Shown here one piece after another: positions 20,122 through 29,286 of a stretch of 64,000 nucleotides of DNA. Each line of letters starts with the position of its first letter. Within the stretch, counting starts at the first letter, position 1. Location: positions 2,346 to 66,345 of the forward strand of contig JAOXRX010000062.1 in NCBI GenBank assembly GCA_025800285.1, read 5' to 3'. The position numbers were made by a program, and so were the translations under genes. The notes under the pieces were generated by a model. It did not search any database and was not told the origin of the DNA. It worked only from the letters and a program-made list of their open reading frames with translations. This DNA comes from Alphaproteobacteria bacterium (lineage in GTDB: Bacteria; Pseudomonadota; Alphaproteobacteria; JAOXRX01).

Positions 20122-20131
20122 ACTAAAAAAC

Positions 20132-20160
20132 TTGCTTTTTATAAAAAAAACTGTTATAAA
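20132..20160 (+). promoter_or_regulatory. Candidate sigma70 promoter for rpsA: TTGCTT-17 nt-TATAAA.
   Basis: Spacing is consistent with a promoter. It lies about 110 nt upstream of the rpsA ATG and would give a leader containing a GC-rich structured segment. This is a weak call because such matches are common in AT-rich DNA. Confidence 0.25.
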
Positions 20161-20274
20161 ATAAGCTCTTCTTTTTAGAAGAACTGGTTAGTTTAGGATT
20201 ATGCCCGTAGTCGGGGTCTTAACGGCCTATTACCGCTCCGAAAACAGGAGCAAAAAAAGGAAATCATAAAAATT

Positions 20275-21969
20275 ATGACAAAAAAAGAAACAGAAGAATT
20301 CATACTAAACGAAAGCTTCGAAGATTTATTAAACGAAACTATCGGTAAAGATACAAAATTTGAAGGATCAGTTGTTAAAGGAACTATCATTGAACTAGAT
20401 AGCGACTTCGCTACAATTGATGTTGGACTGAAATCAGAAGGTAAAGTGCCTCTGAAAGAATTCAATGCTTCAGCTAAAGACCTAACTGTTGGAGATCAAG
20501 TAGATGTTTACATCGAAAGAGTTGAAAGCAAAAATGGTTCTGCTGTTCTTAGCCGTGAAAAAGCTGTTAGAGAAGAAGCTTGGGTTGAACTAGAAAAACT
20601 TTACAACAATGGTGAACATGTTGTTGGAACAATCTTCAATAAAATCCGTGGTGGTTTTGCTGTTGATGTTATGGGAACAGTTGCATTCTTGCCAGGTTCT
20701 CAAATTGATGTAAGACCTATCAAAGATGCTACTCCACTAATGAACAACCCTCAACCATTCGCAATCGTGAAAATGGACAAACAAAGAGGAAATATTGTTG
20801 TTTCTAGAAGAGCTATCTTAGAAGAAAACCAAGAAGAAACAAGAGCTGAACTACTTTCAAAAATGGAAGAAGGTCAAGTTGTTAAAGGTATCGTTAAAAA
20901 CATCACAGATTATGGTGCATTTATCGATCTTGGTGGTATTGATGGACTACTTCATGTAACTGATATCTCATGGAGCAGAATCAATCACCCTTCAGAAGCT
21001 TTACAAATCGGTCAAACTATTGATGTAAAAATCACTAAGTTTAATAAAGAAACTAACAGAATATCTTTGGGAATGAAACAATTAGAAGAAAACCCATGGA
21101 TTGATGTTTCAAAAAGATATAAAGTTGGACAAGTTGTAAAAGGTAAAGTTACAAACATTACTGATTACGGTGCATTCATAGAACTTGAAAAAGGTCTTGA
21201 AGGTCTAACTCATGTTTCTGAAATTTCTTGGACAAAGAAAAATATCAACCCTGCTAAAGTAGTATCTACTTCTCAAGAAGTTGATGCTATGATCCTAGAA
21301 GTTGATGAAGAAAAACAAAGAATTTCTTTAGGACTAAAACAATGTACTCCAAACCCATGGGAAAGCTTCCATAATGAGCACCCTGATGGAGAAGTAATTG
21401 AAGGTCCAGTTAAAAACATCACAGAATTCGGTCTATTCATCGGTTTAAACGAAGAAATTGATGGAATGGTTCATTTATCAGACATATCTTGGGATATCTC
21501 AGGTGAAGAAGCTGTTAAAGAATACAAAAAAGGTGATATCGTTAAAGCTAGAATCTTAGATGTTAATATAGAAAAAGAAAGAATCTCTTTAGGTATTAAA
21601 CAACTTACTGAAGATACTTTCGAATCTTCTCTAAAAGGCATTAAAAAAGGTTCTGCTGTAAAAGGTAAAATCTCTAAAGTATTAGAAGAAGGTGTTGAAG
21701 TTGAAATCAATGAAGAACTTCACGGTTTTGTTAAAGTTACAGATTTAGCTAAAGCTAAAGCTGACCAAGATGTAACAAAATACAACGAAGGTGACGAGAT
21801 TGAAGCTAAAGTTATTTCTATAGACAGAAGCTCAAGACAAGTTACTCTATCAGTTAGAGCTCTTGAAATAGCTGCTGAAAAAGAAGCTATTGCTGAGTAC
21901 ACAAAAAATGAAGAATTTACTTCATCATTTGGTGATATCTTAGACAATGCTCTAAATTCAAAAAAATAA
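20275..21969 (+). CDS. rpsA: 30S ribosomal protein S1.
   Basis: Six S1 RNA-binding repeats, 564 aa. RBS AAGGAAA. Confidence 0.95.
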   Translation: MTKKETEEFILNESFEDLLNETIGKDTKFEGSVVKGTIIELDSDFATIDVGLKSEGKVPLKEFNASAKDLTVGDQVDVYIERVESKNGSAVLSREKAVREEAWVELEKLYNNGEHVVGTIFNKIRGGFAVDVMGTVAFLPGSQIDVRPIKDATPLMNNPQPFAIVKMDKQRGNIVVSRRAILEENQEETRAELLSKMEEGQVVKGIVKNITDYGAFIDLGGIDGLLHVTDISWSRINHPSEALQIGQTIDVKITKFNKETNRISLGMKQLEENPWIDVSKRYKVGQVVKGKVTNITDYGAFIELEKGLEGLTHVSEISWTKKNINPAKVVSTSQEVDAMILEVDEEKQRISLGLKQCTPNPWESFHNEHPDGEVIEGPVKNITEFGLFIGLNEEIDGMVHLSDISWDISGEEAVKEYKKGDIVKARILDVNIEKERISLGIKQLTEDTFESSLKGIKKGSAVKGKISKVLEEGVEVEINEELHGFVKVTDLAKAKADQDVTKYNEGDEIEAKVISIDRSSRQVTLSVRALEIAAEKEAIAEYTKNEEFTSSFGDILDNALNSKK

Positions 21970-21999
21970 TAATTTAATAATTAATTAAATTAATTTTAA

Positions 22000-22030
22000 G
22001 GTGAGAATTATAAAGTTCTCACCTTTTTTT
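22000..22030 (+). terminator. Rho-independent terminator after rpsA (ggtgagaa/ttctcacc plus T-run).
   Basis: Perfect 8-bp stem followed by T7. Confidence 0.6.
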
Positions 22031-22085
22031 CTCTCAAAACATATAAAACACAAATTATTAACTTTCTTATCTTTTTTATTGCTTT

Positions 22086-23189
22086 TTGTGTTATTTTATG
22101 CTACAAGAAGTTAAAGATACGGCAATTATAATAAATAAAACAATGATTTGCATTGTTACCAAGGATTTTTATGGGGGAAAAATGATAAAATCTGAGAATA
22201 TGTTACCAAGCAATATTGAAGATGAGTTTTTATACTTAATAAATGAATTAAATGAGTGTTTTTATGACTCCATAGATAAAGAAATCTTAGACACCTATGT
22301 GGGGGACAACCTGATTTATCAAGACCCTAATTTTTTTATAAAAATGATACATCCTCAATACATGCCTCATTTATTAAGAACAGAAGGTATGCAATCAGCC
22401 TTATATGATGAAAGAAGAGAAATCAATGATTCAGATGATGAATACAAAGAACCAGAACTTTTAATATCAATTATTAATAAATTAAACATTGAAGGCTATG
22501 GCGATGAGCTATTAGATAACTTAAGTGCTTTAGCTGGTGAATTTAACAGAGAAAGTGCGAGAGATATAATAAAACATTCTGAAAGTACTATTAGTTATCG
22601 ATTACCTGAAAACAAAGGTATTATGAGAAGACTAAAAGACGATTTAAAAAACGGCAGATTCTCTTGTTTATTTGCGATAATGAACAATGTAAATAAAAAC
22701 AAAAGCTTATCATATAGACAATCTATGGATTTAATTGAAGATATATTACCTGGAGAGTTTGTTACTAAAAGTTTTAAATATATGATTAACATGATACCAG
22801 AGATGGTTATAGGATATGCTATGACTCTCCCTCAAGTTCAAAAAAGTTTCATTAATGAAAGTAAAGAAGATAAGTACCATATTTTTGAGGATTTAATGTA
22901 TTTGATACAAAACTTTGAAAGTCAAGAGCAGAAAGAAATATTAAATAATTTACCAAAGTCATATTTAAAAAAATCTGAAGTATCTTCTATCATAGATTAT
23001 AGATTTTTACATAAAACAATCACTTATGACATAAGAGATTGTGAATTAAATACAATGAAGTCTAATGATAATTATAGACAAACTGATAACTCTAGAAAGA
23101 GTATAAATATAAATAATTATGATATAAGACTAAAGACAAGAGGTTCTCAAAATGCTGAAAAAGCTAATTTTTCATTTACAAGCATTTAA
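22086..23189 (+). CDS. Hypothetical protein, about 335-367 aa, Asn/Asp/Lys-rich, with no recognisable domain.
   Basis: Long ORF with alternative starts at 22086 and 22185. Orphan-like. Confidence 0.45.
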   Translation: MCYFMLQEVKDTAIIINKTMICIVTKDFYGGKMIKSENMLPSNIEDEFLYLINELNECFYDSIDKEILDTYVGDNLIYQDPNFFIKMIHPQYMPHLLRTEGMQSALYDERREINDSDDEYKEPELLISIINKLNIEGYGDELLDNLSALAGEFNRESARDIIKHSESTISYRLPENKGIMRRLKDDLKNGRFSCLFAIMNNVNKNKSLSYRQSMDLIEDILPGEFVTKSFKYMINMIPEMVIGYAMTLPQVQKSFINESKEDKYHIFEDLMYLIQNFESQEQKEILNNLPKSYLKKSEVSSIIDYRFLHKTITYDIRDCELNTMKSNDNYRQTDNSRKSININNYDIRLKTRGSQNAEKANFSFTSI

Positions 23190-23190
23190 A

Positions 23191-24603
23191 TTAAAAAGCT
23201 ATAACCTTATATCCTTTATCTGACAAATTTAAAGAATCTATTATTTTACCATTCTTATTAATAATAGCGGAAATACCGTAATTCCCTACTCTAACGACTG
23301 GTAAGCCCGTTGCTATTGCTTGAGATTTAGCTATACCAAAGTGTTGATAAGGACCTGATGATATACCGTAAAAGGTATCATTTGATACATTGAATAAAAA
23401 CTCTGGTTTTGAAGACTTATTTATAACTTTATTTGGAAAAATCATTTCGTAACAAACTAAAGGAGAAAATGATGGTATCCCTTCAACTTTAACAGTTTTT
23501 ACCCCACTGCCTTTTGAGAACATAAAATTAAACCCTACGATTTTCTCTATATCAATATATTTATCAAATGGCATATACTCTCCAAATGGAACCAAGTGAG
23601 ATTTATCATAATCTGCTATTATTTCACCATCTGAGTTTATAACAACTATAGAATTATAATATTTACCTTCTTCTTCTCTGATACTACCTGTCATTAAAAC
23701 TACACCCTCTGGTATTATATCAGACAAAAGAGATAGATATTCTGGATAATTGTTTATCGCAAAAGGTATAGCTGTTTCTCCCCATACAATAGCATCAATA
23801 GAATCTTCTTTAGTTATCGCCTCTTTAGTCATTAAATAATATTCATCAAAAGTTTTCATAGAATCTAAATTAGATATTTCTAATGATAAAGATGGCTGAA
23901 TAAATAATATATTTTTATTAAATGGTTTATATACTAACTCATCATTTTCTATTTTTTTATCACCAATAATAAATAAAAATACAATTGTAATAACAGATAT
24001 CGCATTAATTAATACCGCTAATTTAAACTTACTCTTATTAAAGAATAAATAAGGTGTTGAGAATATTAATATGCTTAAAAAAGAAAATCCATACACTCCT
24101 AAAAAGTTAATATTCTGAAAAATAGAAAGGTAATTCTCCCAAGTATAAGCAGTTAGATTCCAAGGAAAACCTGATAAAAGAATCCCTCTTAAAAACTCAA
24201 ATATAAAATAAGTAACTGCAAAAGATAACATCAAAATAAAATCGTTAGATGTTTTATTGGATATAAATTTTGTTATATATCCAACCGCCCCTATATAAAT
24301 CGATAGTAAAGCAGGAATCCCCAATAAAGCTAATGGCAACAAGTATGGAAAATCATTAGCAATAGCATTAGATATCCAGTATAAGCCAAAAGTAAAATAC
24401 CCCATTCCAAACAAAAACCCACTTAAGAAAGCTGTTTTATTGTTTATAGAAGTCTTAAATAAGTATAAAAGAGTTGGAAAAGAGAAAAATAATATAGGGA
24501 AAGCACAATACGGAGGCATTGCTAAAGCAGATAAAGCACCTAAAACTAAAGACAAAAGATATCTATTTTTCGTTAAGAATAGCTTTTTATTAATTTTAAA
24601 CAT
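23191..24603 (-). CDS. lnt: Apolipoprotein N-acyltransferase.
   Basis: N-terminal polytopic membrane domain plus a C-terminal CN-hydrolase domain with catalytic-Cys region LVCYEMIFP. Confidence 0.9.
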   Translation of the reverse strand: MFKINKKLFLTKNRYLLSLVLGALSALAMPPYCAFPILFFSFPTLLYLFKTSINNKTAFLSGFLFGMGYFTFGLYWISNAIANDFPYLLPLALLGIPALLSIYIGAVGYITKFISNKTSNDFILMLSFAVTYFIFEFLRGILLSGFPWNLTAYTWENYLSIFQNINFLGVYGFSFLSILIFSTPYLFFNKSKFKLAVLINAISVITIVFLFIIGDKKIENDELVYKPFNKNILFIQPSLSLEISNLDSMKTFDEYYLMTKEAITKEDSIDAIVWGETAIPFAINNYPEYLSLLSDIIPEGVVLMTGSIREEEGKYYNSIVVINSDGEIIADYDKSHLVPFGEYMPFDKYIDIEKIVGFNFMFSKGSGVKTVKVEGIPSFSPLVCYEMIFPNKVINKSSKPEFLFNVSNDTFYGISSGPYQHFGIAKSQAIATGLPVVRVGNYGISAIINKNGKIIDSLNLSDKGYKVIAF

Positions 24604-24607
24604 TTGT

Positions 24608-25369
24608 TTACTCTTCTTCTGTGATAATTTCTTTAATCTTAACCGTTTTAATAGTTCTAGGATTAGCCTCTAATATTTCAAAAACAACTCCGCTATTCAA
24701 AGATATTAACTCTCCCTTTACAGGGATTCTTCCAATTTCATCAACAATCACTCCACCAACCGTATCAATATCATCATCATCTGTTAAGATTATACCTATT
24801 TCTTTTTGCAGATCCTCAAGTTCTATTCTCGCATCCAAAGTAATAGTACCATTTTTGTGTCTATTAATACCCTGCATTACATCTTGGTTGGAAACTCCTT
24901 TAATTTCACCAACAATTTCTTCCATGATATCAGCAGCTGAAATCAACCCATCAATACCACCAAATTCATCAACAACCAAAGCTGTTTTAATATTCTCTGT
25001 TCTCATTTTTAATAGCAAGTCTAGTACAGGCATAGCTGGAGATATAAATACACAGTCTATCATTACATCAGTAATTTTTAGTTTTTTAGTATGAATCATG
25101 TGAATTAGAAGCTCATTTAATCTAACCATACCCAATATCTCATCAAGAGAGTCTTTATATACAGGGTAAATAAAATGAGGATTTCTTTTAACTTTCTCTA
25201 AAACTTTCCTATGAGATTCATTTTTATCTATACCTACAATATCAGCTCTAGGTATCATTATATCAATAGCTTTCAAATTTTTTAAATCTAAAACATTATC
25301 TATAATTAAGAGCTCATTCTGGTTAACACTACTGTCAACTTCTTCTTTAATAGTATTCTTTGTAATCAT
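24608..25369 (-). CDS. corC: CBS-pair / CorC-HlyC domain protein (CorC-like Mg/Co efflux accessory protein).
   Basis: Two CBS domains plus a C-terminal CorC_HlyC transporter-associated domain. Conserved ybeY-corC-lnt neighbourhood. Confidence 0.8.
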   Translation of the reverse strand: MITKNTIKEEVDSSVNQNELLIIDNVLDLKNLKAIDIMIPRADIVGIDKNESHRKVLEKVKRNPHFIYPVYKDSLDEILGMVRLNELLIHMIHTKKLKITDVMIDCVFISPAMPVLDLLLKMRTENIKTALVVDEFGGIDGLISAADIMEEIVGEIKGVSNQDVMQGINRHKNGTITLDARIELEDLQKEIGIILTDDDDIDTVGGVIVDEIGRIPVKGELISLNSGVVFEILEANPRTIKTVKIKEIITEEE

Positions 25370-25381
25370 AACTTTAACAAT

Positions 25382-25843
25382 CTACAACAATTTATACGGA
25401 TTTTCAATATTTATTTTTGATAAAAGCTCTATTTCTAAACTTTCCATATCTTCTGCTTCATCATCGTATATATGGTCGTAACCTATTAGATGTAAAATAC
25501 CATGTATTAATATATGCATACAATGATTATAAAAAGTTTTCCCTTGTTCATTTGCTTCAACATCTATAACATCAAATGCCAAAAATAATTCACCTAGAAT
25601 ATAATTATCTGAACCATCATCATTAAATGCAAAAGTTAAAATATTAGTGCTTTTATCTTTACCTCTATAGTCTCTATTTAACTCATGAACCTTATGATTG
25701 TTTGTGAAAACTATACTTATCTCTTTATCAGAGTTAAACTCATGAGACTTTTCAACTAGATCAACAGCTATCTTAGCCATATTATCTATGTCAAAATCTT
25801 TCCATTTATTTTCTTCAAATATATTTGTTTCTATTTTTATCAT
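25382..25843 (-). CDS. ybeY: Endoribonuclease YbeY (rRNA maturation factor).
   Basis: Zinc motif HGILHLIGYDH, 153 aa. Confidence 0.9.
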   Translation of the reverse strand: MIKIETNIFEENKWKDFDIDNMAKIAVDLVEKSHEFNSDKEISIVFTNNHKVHELNRDYRGKDKSTNILTFAFNDDGSDNYILGELFLAFDVIDVEANEQGKTFYNHCMHILIHGILHLIGYDHIYDDEAEDMESLEIELLSKINIENPYKLL

Positions 25844-25911
25844 AACTGTTAATAGTTATAAATTAAAAAGATTATTTGTGCAAGTTTTTACTTTACATTT
25901 GCCTTTAAAGA

Positions 25912-27063
25912 ATGTATCCTTTGGCTCATATGGATATTATTACAAAAACAGACGAGCTAAAAAAGTTTTGCAAAGAATGCAGAAAATCATCATACTTAGC
26001 TATAGACACAGAGTTTATCAGAAGAAGCACATACAGAGCTATATTATGCCTAATACAGGTTAATAATGGCAAAAGATGTGTTGCTATTGATCCAATGTCT
26101 CTAAAAGATTTAAAACCTTTTTATAGATTAATTAATAATACTCCAAAAATAGTTAAAATATTTCATGCTGCAAAACAAGATTTAGAAATATTCTTTAATG
26201 ACTCTGGTAAAGTGCCTAGCAATATATTTGATACTCAAATAGCTGCTACAGTTTGCGGTTTCCCAGACTGTGTTGGATATGCTAGTTTAGCAGAAAAAAT
26301 ATGTAATAAGAATTTAGAAAAACAATATCAGTCTTCTGATTGGACTAAAAGACCTTTAAATAAAAAACAGGTTAGGTATGCTATACAAGATGTTGAATAT
26401 CTGCCAGAAATATATTTTTATCTAAAAAGAAAAATAGAAAAAAACAATAGAAAATCTTGGATAGAAGATGATTTATTAGCTTTATCTAATAAAAAGAACT
26501 TTAAGCCAAACCCTTCTGAATGTTGGAAAAAATTAAAAACAAGAGCTAAAACTCCTAGCTATCTAGCAATATTAAAAGAGCTAGCAAGTACAAGAGAAAA
26601 AATAGCAATAAAAAATAATATCCCTAAAACATTTGTTATAACTGATGAGGGTATTATTAAAATATCTCTTATGGAGTCTCCAACTGTTGATGAGATCAAA
26701 AACTCTTGCAGGATAAAAGAAGAATATGCAACAAAACTATTAAATGCATTAAAAAGAGGTAAAAAGACCAAGGAAAAAAATTATCCTACAATTCAAAGAA
26801 GAAAAAAAACTATAAAGCCTTTAGAACACATGTTAAAGCTGGTTTTAACTTTAGTTTCTGATGATTTAGAAGTTGCAGGCAAGGTTATTGCTACTGGAGA
26901 TAATTTAGCAGATTTAGCCTCAAAAAATCCTTCTCCTGAAAACCCTTGTATGCATGGCTGGAGATACAATGTATTTGGCAAGTATTTAGAGGGCATAAAA
27001 TCTGGAAACATCAGAATTGGTTTAGATAAAAAAGGAAAAATGAGGATATTTGATGAAAGTTAA
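25912..27063 (+). CDS. rnd: Ribonuclease D (3'-5' exonuclease plus HRDC domain).
   Basis: DEDDy exonuclease motifs (AIDTEF.., HAAKQDLEI, Y..QDVEYL), 383 aa. Confidence 0.85.
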   Translation: MYPLAHMDIITKTDELKKFCKECRKSSYLAIDTEFIRRSTYRAILCLIQVNNGKRCVAIDPMSLKDLKPFYRLINNTPKIVKIFHAAKQDLEIFFNDSGKVPSNIFDTQIAATVCGFPDCVGYASLAEKICNKNLEKQYQSSDWTKRPLNKKQVRYAIQDVEYLPEIYFYLKRKIEKNNRKSWIEDDLLALSNKKNFKPNPSECWKKLKTRAKTPSYLAILKELASTREKIAIKNNIPKTFVITDEGIIKISLMESPTVDEIKNSCRIKEEYATKLLNALKRGKKTKEKNYPTIQRRKKTIKPLEHMLKLVLTLVSDDLEVAGKVIATGDNLADLASKNPSPENPCMHGWRYNVFGKYLEGIKSGNIRIGLDKKGKMRIFDES

Positions 27064-27637
27064 GGTTATAAATCAAGAAGAATTATTAAACACAGGCTTT
27101 TTAAAAGTCGATAAATATACTCTTGAGCAACCTTTAGCCGATGGCAATACAATACAATATCAAAGACAATGCATGTTCAGAGGCAATGCTGTTGCCATTG
27201 TTCCATACGACAAAAAAAGAGAATGTGTAGTAATGATAAATCAAATAAGAATTGCTAATGTTGTTGATGGAGGACACTCCCCTTCCCTAGAATTTCCCGC
27301 AGGCATGATTGATGAGGGAGAAGACCCTTTGCAAAGTGCCACAAGAGAACTATATGAAGAAACTGGGTTAGAGGCTTTAAATATTGAACAAACTTACTCT
27401 AATTCAATATATACTACTGCTGGAGCATCAAATGAAAAGATGTACTATTTTTTAGCGGAAGTTGATTCATCTAAAGTTTTAGCAACAACTGGAGAAATTG
27501 GACAACATGAATACATTGAAACTTGTGTAATTCCTGTTCAAGAATTGTTTAAAATGGCATTTGAAGATAACTCTTTATTAAATGCCTCAACAATTATAAA
27601 TACATTTATACTAAAATCTAAAATTAATAATGATTAG
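27050..27637 (+). CDS. NUDIX hydrolase (ADP-ribose pyrophosphatase-like).
   Basis: Nudix box GMIDEGEDPLQSATRELYEETGL. Confidence 0.8.
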   Translation: MMKVKVINQEELLNTGFLKVDKYTLEQPLADGNTIQYQRQCMFRGNAVAIVPYDKKRECVVMINQIRIANVVDGGHSPSLEFPAGMIDEGEDPLQSATRELYEETGLEALNIEQTYSNSIYTTAGASNEKMYYFLAEVDSSKVLATTGEIGQHEYIETCVIPVQELFKMAFEDNSLLNASTIINTFILKSKINND

Positions 27638-28034
27638 GAGTTTCTTCTACTCCCCAAGGATCATCAACATCTACTAAAGATATTTCTATATCTGAAACAG
27701 ATATTCTTAGTTTTTTATTATCTGAAAAAATAATGATAATGTATCCATTCTCAAAACATATATCTAACAATGAAAGCTTTTGCTTTCTATCTGTTATATC
27801 AATATTTTTTGTTTGCATAGCATTAGCATTAAGAATTGAAAACACTGAATTAGATCTTTGCTTTTTGTCATTAACTTCCCAACAGTACCTATTTAAAGCA
27901 AACATAACTTTATTTTCCTGCTTTATATAAGCAAAATCCCCTATTGGTAATATCGCATCTTGTATTAGAGATGCAATAACTTTTAAATCTTCTTTTGTTT
28001 TAGCTTTCAATTTAATCATATTTTTTTGTATCAC
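27624..28034 (-). CDS. Hypothetical conserved protein, 136 aa. Its 3' end overlaps the NUDIX gene convergently by 14 nt.
   Basis: ORF only, no confident family. Confidence 0.45.
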   Translation of the reverse strand: MIQKNMIKLKAKTKEDLKVIASLIQDAILPIGDFAYIKQENKVMFALNRYCWEVNDKKQRSNSVFSILNANAMQTKNIDITDRKQKLSLLDICFENGYIIIIFSDNKKLRISVSDIEISLVDVDDPWGVEETPNHY

Positions 28035-28096
28035 ATATTAAATTTATAAGCAATATATATTTAAATTTATTTTTAAAAGAAATCAAGAATAAAATT

Positions 28097-28816
28097 CTAT
28101 TTTAATAAAACTTTAGCCAAGCCTAAAACATAAACTTTACACCCTTTTTTATGCTGTTTATGCATAGCTTTTATACAATTATTAATCGTAGCTCCAGTAG
28201 TAATAACATCATCTATAAGTAAGATATTTTTATTATTTAAATCATATTTTGCATTAGCTTCAAAAGCACCTTTTAAGTTATTTTTCCTTATAGACCTGCT
28301 AAAATGGCCTTGAGGCTTTGTATGTTTAACTCTAATTAAAGCATCTGCTATAAACTTTTTATTAGCTTTTTTAGCTATAGTTTTTGCTAACAATGCTGAT
28401 TGATTATATTTTCTTACAAAAAGCCTTTTTCTATGCAAAGGCACTGGAATTATAACATCAATTTCCTTTAAAATGTCTCTACCAGCTCTTATCATAAAAT
28501 CAGATAGCACCTTCACAGTATCAGTTCTATCTCCATACTTTAAAGAAAGTATTATTTGTTTTGCTTTATCATTATAGACAAATACATTTCTCATCTTTTC
28601 AAAACATTGAACTTCTGATAAGCACTCCGCACACAAACTATCATCTTGAACAGCAAAATCAAATGGTGTACCACATTTATTACACATTGGTTCGTCGATA
28701 AAGTCTAGTTCTTTCCAACAATCTATGCAAACACCACTATTTAAATCAAATAATCTAGTTTGACAAGATATACAAGTTGCAGGCAATATTACATTAAGAA
28801 GCTTTTTAAGTAACAT
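28097..28816 (-). CDS. comF: ComF family protein (double zinc ribbon plus phosphoribosyltransferase domain).
   Basis: N-terminal Cys pairs CISCQ...CIDCW...CNKCG. PRTase motif ILLIDDVITTGATI. Confidence 0.75.
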   Translation of the reverse strand: MLLKKLLNVILPATCISCQTRLFDLNSGVCIDCWKELDFIDEPMCNKCGTPFDFAVQDDSLCAECLSEVQCFEKMRNVFVYNDKAKQIILSLKYGDRTDTVKVLSDFMIRAGRDILKEIDVIIPVPLHRKRLFVRKYNQSALLAKTIAKKANKKFIADALIRVKHTKPQGHFSRSIRKNNLKGAFEANAKYDLNNKNILLIDDVITTGATINNCIKAMHKQHKKGCKVYVLGLAKVLLK

Positions 28817-29267
28817 TTAAGCTCCCTGTAGGAGGATTATCATTTTTTTTAGCTTGAATTCCTTTTTTTATTTTTTCATTGTGAGCAGCCAATCTTCCTT
28901 CCCAACTTGAAATAGCCTTTTTTCTTTTCATTCTTTTTGCTCTTTCAACAACTTTTTGTTTTCTATACTGTTTATAAACAAATTCCGAAGGGCTACCCTC
29001 CCGATTCTGCATATTATTTATAACATTCTGCCAAATATCTTCAGCTTTAATATTAATGCTTATTCCATTAATTTTGAAATTAACTTCTTTAGTATCTGTT
29101 AAAGGCATGACAGATATAATTCTTTTTAGAACATTTTTTACTTCATTCTCATTACACACATACTTCTTTTTTTTCTTAAAATTTGATATAAATTTCAAAA
29201 AGTTAATTGGCATAATCTTACTCCTTATATATAGTAAGATAATGCCATAAAAATATTTCCTTCTCAA
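28806..29267 (-). CDS. Hypothetical basic protein, about 135-153 aa, overlapping the comF start.
   Basis: ORF only. The start is uncertain: M at 29267 or an internal MPINFL. Confidence 0.35.
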   Translation of the reverse strand: MRRKYFYGIILLYIRSKIMPINFLKFISNFKKKKKYVCNENEVKNVLKRIISVMPLTDTKEVNFKINGISINIKAEDIWQNVINNMQNREGSPSEFVYKQYRKQKVVERAKRMKRKKAISSWEGRLAAHNEKIKKGIQAKKNDNPPTGSLNVT

Positions 29268-29286
29268 GAAAAAAAATATTTAAATA

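Noticed and set aside
24621-25094. 157-aa plus-strand ORF inside corC
   Set aside because: It is antisense to the CBS/CorC gene and reads as S/I/L-rich low-complexity sequence.
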